Of a DNA stretch of 64,000 bases, positions 50,590 to 63,500 are shown piece by piece. The position numbers and the translations under genes are program-made. Within the stretch, counting starts at the first letter, position 1. The number at the start of each line of letters is the position of its first letter. The stretch is from the NCBI GenBank assembly GCA_030704615.1, contig CM060733.1, positions 24,428,001 to 24,492,000 of the forward strand. Direction: 5' to 3'. Under the pieces are notes generated by a model. It worked only from the letters and a program-made list of their open reading frames with translations, ran no database searches and was not told the DNA's origin. This stretch comes from Takakia lepidozioides. Its lineage: Eukaryota; Plantae; Bryophyta.

Positions 50590-53500
50590 TCTTTCTTTCT
50601 CTTTTCTTAGAGCTCTCTCTCACCTTTTCGTTCCGCTCTCTCTCTTAGTCGCGCGCGCCAGCGCGTCGACGCCCCAGCCCTCTCTACCATGTCCTCGTCT
50701 AAACGACAACGGACTGGGGACAAAGATGGGGTCTCACCCTCGCCTCTCCCTAATATTCCTCTCCTCCTTCTTCCTTCCCCGAGCTCTCAACATACCTCTC
50801 CGTTGAGCCAGTATTCCACTAGGAGTGCAGACATTCAGATCCTACAAGAGCAGGTTGTCATCCTGCAATCTCGTTGCGTCTCAGAAGAGACTCTGCAGAA
50901 TTTACTCGCAGCACGGGAGAATCTACGGGCGGAAGTGGACGTTTTGCGAGCTTCCCTTCTGGAGAGCAACACCAAAGTGGAAGGCCTGCTGAAACAGCTC
51001 AACTCTATAACATCCACTGCACGTCTCTCTAAATTAGAAGGGGAGGTGAGGGCCCTTACAGAGAATGACACTTCAAGTACCCTCACGGCAAGTATCCACC
51101 AGTAGGTGGAAACTCTTTCTAAGGAGCTCGAATCCCACAAGGCTGCGACATCGTCTATGGCTCAAGAGCTCTAAGTTTATAAGGCGGAGGCTTCTACTTG
51201 GGCTAGCATAGTCAAGGGAAGCACTGGACCATCCAGTAGTAGCTCCCGCACTTTGGAAGAGACAGTCTCAACTACTCTTCGAGAGGAACAACAATGGGCT
51301 TTCAAAGCCCTTACATTCGGGTCATTGGGGAGCTTGAGACACTTACAGAGGGTGACCCACTTGAAGCGGCAACCACCCTCATCCAGCAAAATTTGTCCCA
51401 AGGTTATCTTTTCCTTGATATTTTAATATGAATTATAGGTCTCCGCACCTTTCATTGAGAAAAATCTACCACGGGGAGCAAGTGGCATTGAACGGGCTTG
51501 GCATGCAGGAACTTCGGAACACAAAGTCTTGTTCATCAGATTTAGGGACAAGGCTGCTCGTGAGAGGGTTCTACATCAGAGGCCTCACTTGAGAGGCCAC
51601 GGCATGTACCTCAATGACGATTTGACCCCCATGCAATACAATGTCATACGGGCTCAACTCGCACATGTTAAGCAAGCTCGGGCACATGGACACTACGCGG
51701 TGTTCCGTGATGGCAGAGTCATCATTCGAGAACAGGAACGTCGCCCCTCTAACTCTAAATAGGGGTTGGGGCCCCATGAGACCAACTCACACTCGCATCT
51801 GAACATCGGCTGCAATGGTTCTTTGTGGAGTCATCCTTAAGGGCTTTTGACATCCTCTCCAAGTGTGATATTCTCTTTCTCTTGGAAACACATGCATACG
51901 AAGGCAAAGACCCTCCCTTGATTCTCAGGTATAGCTTTCAGTCAGTGACTCGTCCACGCATATGACTCAAAGGATCTAGTGGAGTAACTTGTTACTATGC
52001 TGACTGGCTTCTCCCACATATCTCCTTCCCATACAAAGACCCATTGGCAAGGTACATTTGGTGTCAGATCAAAGGCTACCCTCACCAATCAAATATTCTA
52101 CTGGCGGGATGTTACTTTGCCCCGGCTGCATCTACACACAGTGGCCTCCACATACGAACCGATTCACCTTATGTTCCACTGGAAGAGGATGTAGCCCGTC
52201 TCCGTACCCCCACACACAGACATATTCTTTGTTGGCGACGAGCGTAGCTACGGCGTGAGCCCAGGAGCTCGGCTCATGTTTTGCCCTCTAAGCGTGAGCC
52301 TAGGCTCACGCTTGCTAAGTGTGAGCCCAAGGTTTAGAGGAGGGAGAAGCAAGTCCTATAACCGAGGACAGGGTTTAGAGGGGGTCCTATTACCGTGGAA
52401 GCGTATATTTTGGAAGAAGAGGTGAACACGACAAAACTTCCAAACACAGCAAACATGACATATTGAGTCCCCTTTAGAAGCACGACGATCGACCCAATTC
52501 CCCCCAGCCCTACTTCGTCAACCCCAAGCACTCCCATCCCCAAGCACTTCACGCAGCTGGTCCCACCCTCCACCAACCCCAACCGCTCCACCTTGAAGAC
52601 GAGTCCCAAGCCGCGATCCCACCTGGCCCCACTTTCACCAAGCCCCAACCTTCTGTGGTCACTATTCCTATAAGTATACTCCTGCAGTAGCCACACCCAC
52701 TAGTGAGTTGCTTTTCAACCCACCGACAATAGTAGAACTATCTAGAAAGTAGAACTCTCTAGAAAGTCAACTAGTGAACTAGGGGAGATGGCTATACCAA
52801 CTCTGGCCCGCGAGTAGCGGGTTTAACGGGTTCTGGACCTAGCTGGCGGGTCCGGGTCCGGTTTTAAAATGAACCCGGGTCAAGGTCCGAGTTTTTGGTG
52901 ATGGCACGGGTCCAGATCCGGATAGGTAACCCGGATCCTAACCAAGGTTTTTTTAAGGATTTTGAAAACGGGTAGGAGTAGCTATATATATTGGGTGTAG
53001 GGTACTGGCCCACTCTAGGTAATTTTCCTCGAATTGGTAGGCTACATGTATTTCCACCCTTGCCATATTTTGCGAATCACATGGATGTTGATGAGCAATA
53101 GAAGGTGAAGCATAAAAATAGTTGAAAGCCGTATAGTTCTCGCAAGACTGGCGACGAGAATCTCTTTGAGAAACGGAGGAGGCCCTCCAATCCTAAACCC
53201 ACTCCTCATCTGGCCCGTCAGATCATCCTACATGGGGCCCGCCATGGCTACATCTATGCTGCCCCGTGGGTCCACAGTCGAGGACCTTTTTGAGACCCCC
53301 AATTTTTGGCGAAAACTGCCTTATTTGGACCTCTTTTTCCCTTGGTTTCATTCACCAAGGGGATTTTCGAGCCGGTTCACCTGCCACACATACAAAGGAC
53401 AGAGCGTGGTTGACTATCTCTTGGGGAGCCCCAACACAATCGATAGAGTTAGCTCTTTCTACATCACGAGGTACCCAGATTTTGATCACTCTTGCCTTTC

Positions 53501-53675
53501 ATTTGTATTTCCTTCCATCTCTCTCCCTGTCAAGGGGAGTGCCTCTGCTTCTCAATACCCCCTTCTCTCACTTACACGACGCTGATTATGAAACTTACCT
53601 AGCTTCAATCCTCCCCTCCATCTTCGCTCAACCATCTTCTGATGACAAGGCTACCCATCTAACACATGCTCTGTA
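50590..53675 (+). mobile_element. LINE, 5' part (ORF1 plus APE endonuclease of ORF2), 3'-truncated and interrupted
   Basis: ORF1 coiled-coil and LFIRFRD..RPHLRGHGMYLNDDLTP; endonuclease motifs DILFLLETH, YFAP, FVGD, FTCHT..GQSVVDY and DFDH. Begins after a (CTTT)n tract. Confidence 0.75.
52240..53350. mobile_element. Composite repeat insertion nested in the LINE endonuclease (DNA-transposon-like fragments)
   Basis: The endonuclease reading breaks after FVGD and resumes near 53360. Contains the palindrome AGCGTGAGCCTAGGCTCACGCT and CGGGTC/ACCCG subterminal-type repeats. Confidence 0.5.
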
Positions 53676-53997
53676 AGGCCCCGCGGTTTGGAAGATCTCA
53701 ACGACACTATAGACAATATTGTGAACGTCAATATCTAAAAAAAAGCCCATTTCACATTTCTGTCAACGTGCACTAAAGACAAATGAAGGGCCAATCATAG
53801 CCCACTTTGCTATTTTTCACGAATTTCTGACAACAAAAAGTACTTTCCCACATCTTAGGTCCAAAAATCATGAGACCAAGCTGGTGCACCCCTTCTCATC
53901 GAGGGCTTTCCAACAGTACCAAGCACAAGGGCTGGCCCCGCGGTTTGGGACACCTCAACCCTACAAAACAAAACAAAACAAAACAAACAAACAAACC
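53676..53997. repeat. Short interspersed repeat with an internal direct repeat GGCCCCGCGGTTTGG..CTCAAC and an (AAAAC)n/(AAAC)n tail
   Basis: The motif occurs at about 53677 and about 53934, followed by a microsatellite tail at about 53963-53996. Confidence 0.45.
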
Positions 53998-54533
53998 GCC
54001 TCACTTCATATATTGATTTTCCATCAACCCTGAACAATGACTAACTTTGTTCACTGTAGGCAAGAGGCATGTGCTCCTAAATCTTGCCAAAATAAATGGT
54101 GTCTTCTCTTACTCATTCTTATAGATGGTAGGGAAGAGGTTCCCGATTAGATTAACATTTGACTAAATTCAATATATTCAAGTAGGTGTCTAAGACTTTT
54201 CTGTGATGATTAAGGGGCCTTGTAGAAAGACCTCGAATGTGTTCCGAGTAGTCCCCAAGTGAAAAGATAATCTGCCTGCAAGTTCACAAACCAAAGAGAC
54301 AGAATGAGAGAAATAAGAAAGCGAGAGGGAACAAAAAAACAATATAAAAAAAATCCCAATTACTGGTTTTCACCTTGTCAACTTCTATTCATTCTAGCAT
54401 GCATAGCAATCGAAATATAAGCTGAATACGAAGAATGCATCAGACAACTAAACCCGCATGATAATGAGAGAAAAGGAGGCCAAAGAGACCCACGGAAGAA
54501 AAAGGCTCCCAAGGTTGAAGATGAGTAATCCAA

Positions 54534-57500
54534 TCAGGGCTTGAAGGTAGGGGCCTGGCTCCCCCATGATGACTCATACAGAAGGCGGGGCACAAACTCT
54601 CTGTAGGAGTCTTCTTTCCTCTTCTCCTACACACAATTATTCATGAATTGTGTACAAAACTTATCAGAACATGGATAAGCTCCAGAAAAAAAACAAGAGT
54701 CACTTGGATCATACTTTGCCTTTATACGGAAATAACTGCTTCCAGCTAGGTAAGGAACTTCACAGCATTACCAGTAGCAACAACTACCACTTGCAAAACT
54801 GTATCTGGCAGTTTCACATTGGGCAACATACAGGAAGTCAGGGTTCACCATTGATCTCCAGATACATTGTCCTGAGGCCATGGAAGACATCACTGTGGGG
54901 TAAACACGACTTTGATAGCACATAACCCAACTCTAACAGGAAATGCCTACTGGTACATAGCACATCCTCAGATAAAACCCATCGATACCCAAGAGTCACA
55001 AGGTAGAACCTGTAAATATAATAAACCACTTTCCACCTCACTTTTCACATGCTGGTAAAGAACATCAGCATTCCTCTTGTCTTGGAGCTCCTCTCTCCTC
55101 CCTAAGAAACATGACAAATAATTGTTACACAAAACAATGACAAACTTAATGCCTCTGCAAGGGATGTGAGAAAGGAGGTGAGAAAGAGACACACCTTCCG
55201 TATGAATGGGTTTACCACAGATACCGTAGAGTCTTCCTGGGACCTTTGGTGCTGCAATTGGTAAATGGAGGACCTGGTCTGATACGTCTCCAGTTAAATT
55301 AGCTCTGCAATATTTCCCCATACTCAAGATGGTTAGATCCATGTGGAGTTCTGAACAACTGATTTGGATCTCGGATTTATGGACTCATCCTACAGGTGGA
55401 AAAGCATTTCAACATCAACCCCATGCAACTCTAACCATTCCTTTTCCTCATGCATATACATTCAAGTACATATTTGTTGCACTTCAGATCAAGACACAGC
55501 TATGGTCACAAAATGTTGAAATAGAATACCCCACTGAACAACAGATTGACTCTTCTACCAACTGTTTCCTGTCGAGCTTGAAGACAAGAAAGAGAGAGAA
55601 TATACCGTAGTTGAGGTGCTTTTTCTGGTACTAGTCGATCTTTCAGAAATGGAATGCTCCTTATGTCATCGAAGTCCACTAGTATCTACACAACAGTCAT
55701 GTTACAAAGACAAGGTTCAAGAACAACAGAAGATGGGCTCTGGTAATATAACCTGAGTTTGTCACATGGAAACAACGTACAAACTAAGTAATATCTTAAC
55801 GACCAGACCAGAAGTATTCCTGAACGGTCCATGAGAATTGTAGTGTGAATTACTTGATGCAGACCTCAGACATATTTGGGAAAGACATGGCAAAAATCTG
55901 GTAAGTCAAATCACAGGGAGACTCAAAGAGAATGCACTCATAAGATGTTGTTTGCCATAGCCTTGTGGCCATTGACCCTGCACTCAGTTTGAGCGGAACA
56001 CATAGAAACTACCTTTGCCAGGGGCTGACGCCAGTAGTATGACTTTGGAACACACTATGAATCCTAGTTTTACAGATATCCTCTAGAAGCCTCGAGACTT
56101 TCAAAGTTGGTAAACAGAGGTTCAGGCACAATTCCCTTGATGGATTTGAAGAGAGTGTCTCTTTCATGAAAGTACCCAGGACAATGAATCAGAAAATGAA
56201 TATTGTCTTCAGGTTGCCCACACGACGGGCAAATGCAATCCCCCTTTCCTCTCTGCATCTGTTTGCTGTTCAAAGGTAGGCTTCCCGCCCTGAGTTTAGA
56301 TTTCAGTCTAGTGCCGAGGGTGGGTAAACCCTTGAGGTCATCCATGATGGCCTCTCCCATGTCACAGACTGGAAACACGTTCAGGGAAGTTTTCTGCCTA
56401 ACTTCTCCCAGGTCACAGACTGTAGACAAGTTCAGGGAACTTTTCTGCCTACATTTTCATCAGACAATTTCCTGGCAACAGACATTGCTTTGGACACTAC
56501 AGCCTCTAAGTCGGATTTATTCAGCAGGGTCAAGACTTGCGGGCTTAAGTTCAGATCCTTGAGAATCTCTTCTACTCTCTTACGCCAGGACTCAGCCTGT
56601 TTGAAAGGGCGATCCTGCTTCCTGATTTAGATCCTGATACCTCTGCAGTGGAAAAATTTAGTGAGACCCAACGCTCTGCGCTTGCCAGATTGAACAACCT
56701 TTTGTATATGCACTTTCCAATTACAGTTGGAGGAAAACTCAACGCCAAGGTATGTGTGGGAAGGGAGGACAGGAATGTCTTGGCTTCCCGCCTCCTCCCT
56801 CCCCACGGTCATTGAATGCCACCACTGCGGATTTGATATGAGAATGTACTCATAAGACGACGTTTTTCTCCGTAACCTTGTGGCCATTGACCCCACCCCC
56901 AGTTTGAGCGGGAACAGAAAGGGACAGAAACTCCCTTTGTCAGGGACTGACGCTGGTTGTATGACTTAACTTGGAACAGACAATTGATCCGAGTTTTCCA
57001 GATATCCTCTAGAAATCCCTTCACACAAAGCATCAATCTGCTGTGTGTGATTTGCCCAATAACTAGGCCCCAAAAGGGCCTGAGCCAGCCTCGAGATTTT
57101 TAAAGTAACAGGAACAATTCCCTTGATGGATTTGAAGAGGGCGTCTCTCAGGTTAGAGTACCCAGGACACTGAATCACAAAGTGAACATTGTCTTGAGGT
57201 TGCCCACACAACGGGCATTTGCAATCCCCCTTTCTTCTCTGCTTCTGTTTCCTGTTCCAAGGTAGGCTTCCCCTGCTCTCTCATTTGATATGAGAGACAG
57301 AGACAGAGAGAATTTACTCATAAGACGTTGTTTGCCGTAGCCTTGTGGCGATTGACCCTGCGCTCAGTTTGAGCGGAACAGAGAGAAATGAAATGAAATG
57401 GTACTTTATAATGTCCGCGGAAAGCTCAAAGAGCTTATGGGACAAAATGAAAAAAAACATGAGAGAGAAAACAAAACCAGACCCAAAGGAAAAAAAAACT

Positions 57501-60500
57501 ACTGCTCGAGGGATTGGCTAAGGGTCAAGGCCTTGTCTGATCCTCATAGTGGAAGACTTCAGTGAGAGATTGAGTTCCGTGGAATAGACAGTGGAATCTC
57601 CCACAGATCTTGTAATATAAAAGAATGTACTCATAAGACGTTGTTTGCCGTAGCCCCTTGTAGCGTTGTAATATAAAAGAGAGAGAGCGAGAGAGAGAGA
57701 GAGGGTACATCAAGGAGGTCGTCTTCCCCAACGATTGAGAAAGGAATTATAGTATATCCGTAACGTGCTGCCATTCGTACAAACTCCGATTGCTCTGGCC
57801 AGAATAGTTTGTACACTTCACCCTTCAAAACAGCAAACAAGGTTACAACTTTTAGATACACTGACTTGCTTTCTGCCAAGACTCTCCTTAGATCCCTCTC
57901 AATCTCTATGTTTTCACCTCAGGTTTCCTTCCTGCTATGCTGCAGACATTCAATCTCATCTCCACTGAGTTCCAACTCTTAACACTTGAACTCGCTCACG
58001 TACTCAGGCATCAGCTGTTATGCCCTAACTTACATATTATGTTTCCTCATCAGTTCTTATTTTTCTGTTTTGTCCCATTCGTACCCTCTTCTTGTCAATG
58101 CCTGTCCATGCTCCAAGTAGGCCCATCAGGCATAAGCAAACTGAACTAAACTCAATTCTGAGTATTGTAGTCTCACTGAAATTAAAGCTTAGTAATTTGG
58201 AGGAGGTCCTACTTTCAGGTCCTCGGTTAGCTACATATTGGAAACTACTACACCACTATACCTTGCGATGGAGAGCCTCCCGGGCACCCCCTGGATAGAG
58301 GAGTACAGAATCCCCATTTTTGAGCAGTTTAAACATACTTCTCCCTGTGACTCGAACAGCCCCAAACAAACGTGCCAAATCTCCCATGCTAGCCTCCTGC
58401 AGCCCATGTGCAAATCCAGTTGTGAGCATAAGGGTACATCATCCTTTGTCCAGAGCACAAGATGATTCTCAAGCTTAGTGAAGGGTGAAGCGACTATATT
58501 GGAAACTCATTTGTGTCTCCCTTATGGCTATGCGCCCAACAAGAGGAAACCCACTCAGGGAGTAGACTTTTTGGGAGAAAAAGTTGGAAGCCAGCAATTC
58601 CATGGTAAAAAAGTAAAGCACCATGAGACAGACACCTATTATCTCAAAGTGGCCCCTCCAAAATGATCATGTGCACCCAAAGAACTTCATATCATTGTCA
58701 TGTCCAGCATTTCAGCGTACAATAACGGAGTACAATAACATTCCTCTGTCTGCATATGCCACATTTGGAGCTGGTGGTATTTTGTTGGAATAAACTTGGC
58801 ATCCCAACGATATTCAGAGTATTGTATCGAGCTTGATTTGACATCTTTCTACCCTTCCCAACACCAATATAGGCAATACCAAAATAAGTATACCTGTAAA
58901 CTTGCCTCGTACTCCACGCCAACAAGAATTGGGTGGGCAAGTCCCCGAATCAACACACTCTTTTCCTTCAGAAACTCCGCAATGAACATGCTTAAATCCA
59001 ATCCCAGAAACATATGATTCCCAACAAGAAGGATTGGCCTGTCTGTCGGTATATTTGAGAGACCTTGCACCACCTGCCCATCCTCTGAGGTGGAAAAGTA
59101 GACAGGGCTAGTCAATTGGCGCATTACTCTGTTATCCCCCCAGTAAATAACCAGATTAGCCCATAATTTAACAAAAGGATAGTCAATGGATAGACACCTC
59201 TCAGAAATGACAGAAAGGCACCTAAGAACACACATACAGAACCAATCTCGCCACACGGTACATGTGAACAAGTTCTGGGAGCTGTTGATGTCCCCAACAA
59301 CATTCCAGAAATTCCTTGGGTCAAAACCTGCAGGTGCATCCAATCAGGTCAACAACAGACCTGTGGCTTTTCCAGACATCTATGATGTCACTGGACGCAT
59401 GGTGGTGGACAGAGAGAATGTACTCATAAGACGCTGTTTGCCATAGCCTTGTGGGCAGAACAGAGAGAGAGAAGAGAGAGAGGGGGGGGGGAGGGGAAGA
59501 GACTTGTTGGACAGTTCGTACTTGCAAGCACTTTCATCGAACAGTTCCAATTCCTCCTTGGTAGGCCTGACATAGTCCGCGACAGAGTCATAGTGTTTTG
59601 AGCGTCGATACACACCAGCAGCCTTTATAACCGTTGCTAGATTCAGATTGCCTTCCTGTAACAACAAACACAGAAATGGTCCCACTTGAAACATTCACCA
59701 ACGTTGAGTTAAGTGACACCTTGACACACTTGAGGGGGGCTTGGCCATAGTGTTTCACATTGTCGCCCACGACAAAGAGGCTTACCATCAGAGTACTCCC
59801 CACTTAGTACTTAGTGCGACAAATCTATCTTAATTGAAATCTCAGAAGTAAAGGAAAGGAGAAAAGGAACTAAATTAGCCCCAAGAAAACCTTTAAGCAT
59901 ATGGAACAAGAACACAAACAAACAAACAAAATGCATAGGAAAACCAGGTATATCTGAAGTTAGACCTGGGGCGTCCTTGCCAAAATACCAATAAAAGAGA
60001 AAGACCAGACGAAGAAAGAAACAGAAACAAACTTTATTATTACAACAGAAATGAAATGACTTTCACAGAGGGCCACGGACCCATTGACAAAAGAGAAAGA
60101 GATCAGAAACAAACAAACAATCCAAATTATTAAATCCAGGGAAGGGCCAGGACCCAGAGAAATGAAATGAAATGGTGCTTTATAACGTCCTCGGAAAGCT
60201 CATAGAGGCAATGGAATGAAGTAGAACAACAAGCAACCACTTAGAAAACATCAAATGATACGTCATGACAAATAAAAAGATACTTCATGACACACCAACA
60301 TAATCAGATAGAGAAGAGAATGTAATGATAAGACGTTGCTTGCCATAGCCTTGTGGGCAAAGCCCCCCCGTGCCCAGTTTAGGTGGAACAAAAGGGAGCA
60401 GACACGACCTTTGGGAGGGCTCACTCCAGTAGTGGGACTTGACCATGATATAAACATTCAGTTTGGGTTTTCCAGATCTCCTCTAGAAAGCCCTTCACAC

Positions 60501-63500
60501 AAGCATGAATCTGTTGTGTGGGAGCTGTCCAGGGCTTTAGGCTCAGCTTCGAGATGAACAGAGACGGAAGAGAGATAGAATGTACTCATAAGACGTTGTT
60601 TGCCGTAGCCTTGTGGCCATTGACCCCGCGCCCAGTTTGAGCGGAAAACCTAAGGGACAGAACCTACCTCTGTCAGGGGCTGACATTGGTAGTAAGACTT
60701 ACCTTTATACAAAGAATTGATTCGGGTTTTCCAGATATCCTCTAGAAATCCCTTCACACAGGCATCAATCTGCTGTGTGTGATTTGCCCAAAAACTAGGC
60801 CTCAGAAGGGCCTGGGCTTTTGGCTCAGCCTCGAGACTTTCAAAGTTGGTAAACAGAGGTACAGGCACAATTCTCTTGATAGATTGGAGGAGAGCTTCTC
60901 TCTGGTGAGAGTACCCCGGACAGTGAATCAGAAAATGAATATTGTCTTCAGGTTGCCCACACAACGGGCAATTGCACTCTCCCTTTCCTCTCTGCTTCTG
61001 TTTACTGTTCAAAGATAGGCTTCCTGCCCTGAGTTAAAATTTCAGTGTGGTGCCGAGAGTGGGTAGACCCTTGAGGTCATCCATGATATCCTCCCCCATG
61101 TCACAGACTGGAAACAGGTTCAGGGAAGTTTTATGCCTAACTTCATTTGCATCAGACAATTTACTGGTAACAGACATGGCTTTGGACACTACAGTCTCTA
61201 AGTCAGATTTATCCAACAAGGTCAAGACTTGCGGGTCCAGATTCAGATCCTTGAGAATCTCTTCTACTCTCTTCTGCCAGGACTTAGCCTGTTTGACAGG
61301 GCAGTCCTGGGGTTACATTGCAGGGGAATTGTTGGAAAATTCGTTGATGATGTTTGGTTGTCGATTAGTTCTGATAGTTGGAATGCCAGACCCTGTCCCT
61401 GTGGTCTTCTCGGTGCACACGATGCACATATTTGAGGAGACAAGTAGCTATGATTATGGTGGTAACTTCAGGATGGAGTTGCAGACAAAGAACAAGCCCT
61501 TAGTTTCTCTCAATATCCATTACGTCACTGTACTGGCAACTTAAGTGCATAGATGAGTAGCCATTCTCTCAAGTTCTTCATTTGCTCCCATTCCTCACCT
61601 CACCATCTTACATGTCTCTGAAAGTAGTGTTGTACTGCATGTATGCCTTGTAGCTTTATGTGGTGCTCGGTCCGTCTATGGGTTCAGCCACTTTGTGGAC
61701 TTCAATAAACATCATTCATTCTTTCTCTTTTCACTGGTCACTCATCTCCTATTTTCCAGCTTGACAGACAAGGAAGGAGCTGCCCCTAGTAAGTCTCAAA
61801 ATTCATCTCGTCGGGAGCTTAAGGAAGGGATGCCAAACTCACCCCGAACAGCCACATTGGCTGTTTGGAGCATGCTGACATGCACTCCTCAAGCACCCCA
61901 CTTGAATGGATTCTAGAGACTTAGCCTGGTTGGAGTTATCAACCCATATAGCAGATCCGTACTCCAAGGCAGGTCTAATAACGCGGCAAAGCAAGGTTTT
62001 CTTGACCTCAGAGTTAATCCCTCTGCAGTGTATAAATTTAGTGAGACTCAGCGCTTTGCCCTTGCCAACTTTCTGGATATGTGGAAGAGAGATAGAAAGA
62101 CGCACCAACAGAAGTGTGTGACCACTGTCCTTGAAGTAGCGGACCCGGCATCCTGGTATTATTTTCTTTAACCTTTCAGCCTCGTCTTTACTTGGCAACA
62201 TCTGGTCCTTCCCACTGCAAAACATGTTCAAGGAATTCTTAAGGAAAAGGTTGGAATAAAAGGAAAAACCACCAATTTTCGAGCCCTTTGGCTCTGCCTG
62301 CTTCTCAGAAGAGTGTCTCTACTTCCTGTTGCGTTTTACCACTTCTGACTAGGATGAAGGAACATTGTCAGTTCCTCAGACTGGTTTACAAATATCAGTC
62401 TACACCCTGATTTGGTCATGTTTGTACACAATTGGGCTGAGATGGCTCAATAACTTGCATTCCCCCTCTAAAGCTGGTAAGTGGGGATTCTTCCTTGGGC
62501 CGACCTTGCAAGCACAAGGACTTCGGCTCTGATAGCATGTAATCGTGAGTTGGTGTAGAGGGCTGCAGCATGAAGCGTCTTCAGTTTCCAAAGCAGTGTC
62601 TCCTTGGGCATCACATCTGCCAGAATCTGTACAGGACATGACTCACCAGGTAAATGATCAGCCAGAAGCCTCTCTTTACAGTTAAGTTGATCAAAGGAAT
62701 CTGTCATTGCTCCACAATGATATCTACATGGACCTGTCTCTCCATGATGTCTTGTTCCGCCTATATCCTTTGCACTGGCAATGAGTATCAGATTTTCAGC
62801 ATATTGTCACTGGCCCTTACCTCTCTATGCACATTTCAAAGGAACAAGCTGATTCTATCCTGATCATTGTGGGTACGTGAAAAGAGGGGATGCTAGAGGC
62901 ACAAGGGAGAGAGACCGATAGAGTTGGCAAGAGGGAGAGAAGAGACGAGCGAAGTTGTTCTGCTCTCTCCAGAGGGGAAGCATTCCTCTGAACTTTTGCT
63001 TCCGCCATACGCAAAGGATCCCCTGCATATGCACATCAAACCAGTCTATTTCTTATCAGACCAAGAGTATTTTTTGAGGTCAGTCATACATATTGCTTTA
63101 CAGAGTAACATGCCAAATTCGTCATCTGGGTTTAAGCATCTGCAAGTGAAAATACATCCCAACATGATCTCAGAACAGTAAAGCAAAATATGCTTAGTGA
63201 GGGTCAGGAATTACCCAATATAAAGCTGAGAAGATACGGAACAGAGGAGTAAACATCTGATGGCAATGCGTACACCAAAGGAAACAAGGGCTGGAGCTGT
63301 GACCTATCGAATGACGTAGCTGATTCTCCTCCACAACATCAAAGTTATCAGTCCAGTGTGCAAAACCTCACCTTTCTTTCTTTTGCTGCCTCTTAAAGAT
63401 AGAAGGCTATGGTAAGCCAACATTCGCAGGGAACAGCATGAGTAAATTCAACGACGGAAGGGTGAAAACCCCAGAAATGAGAAAACCTATGCACAAAAAG

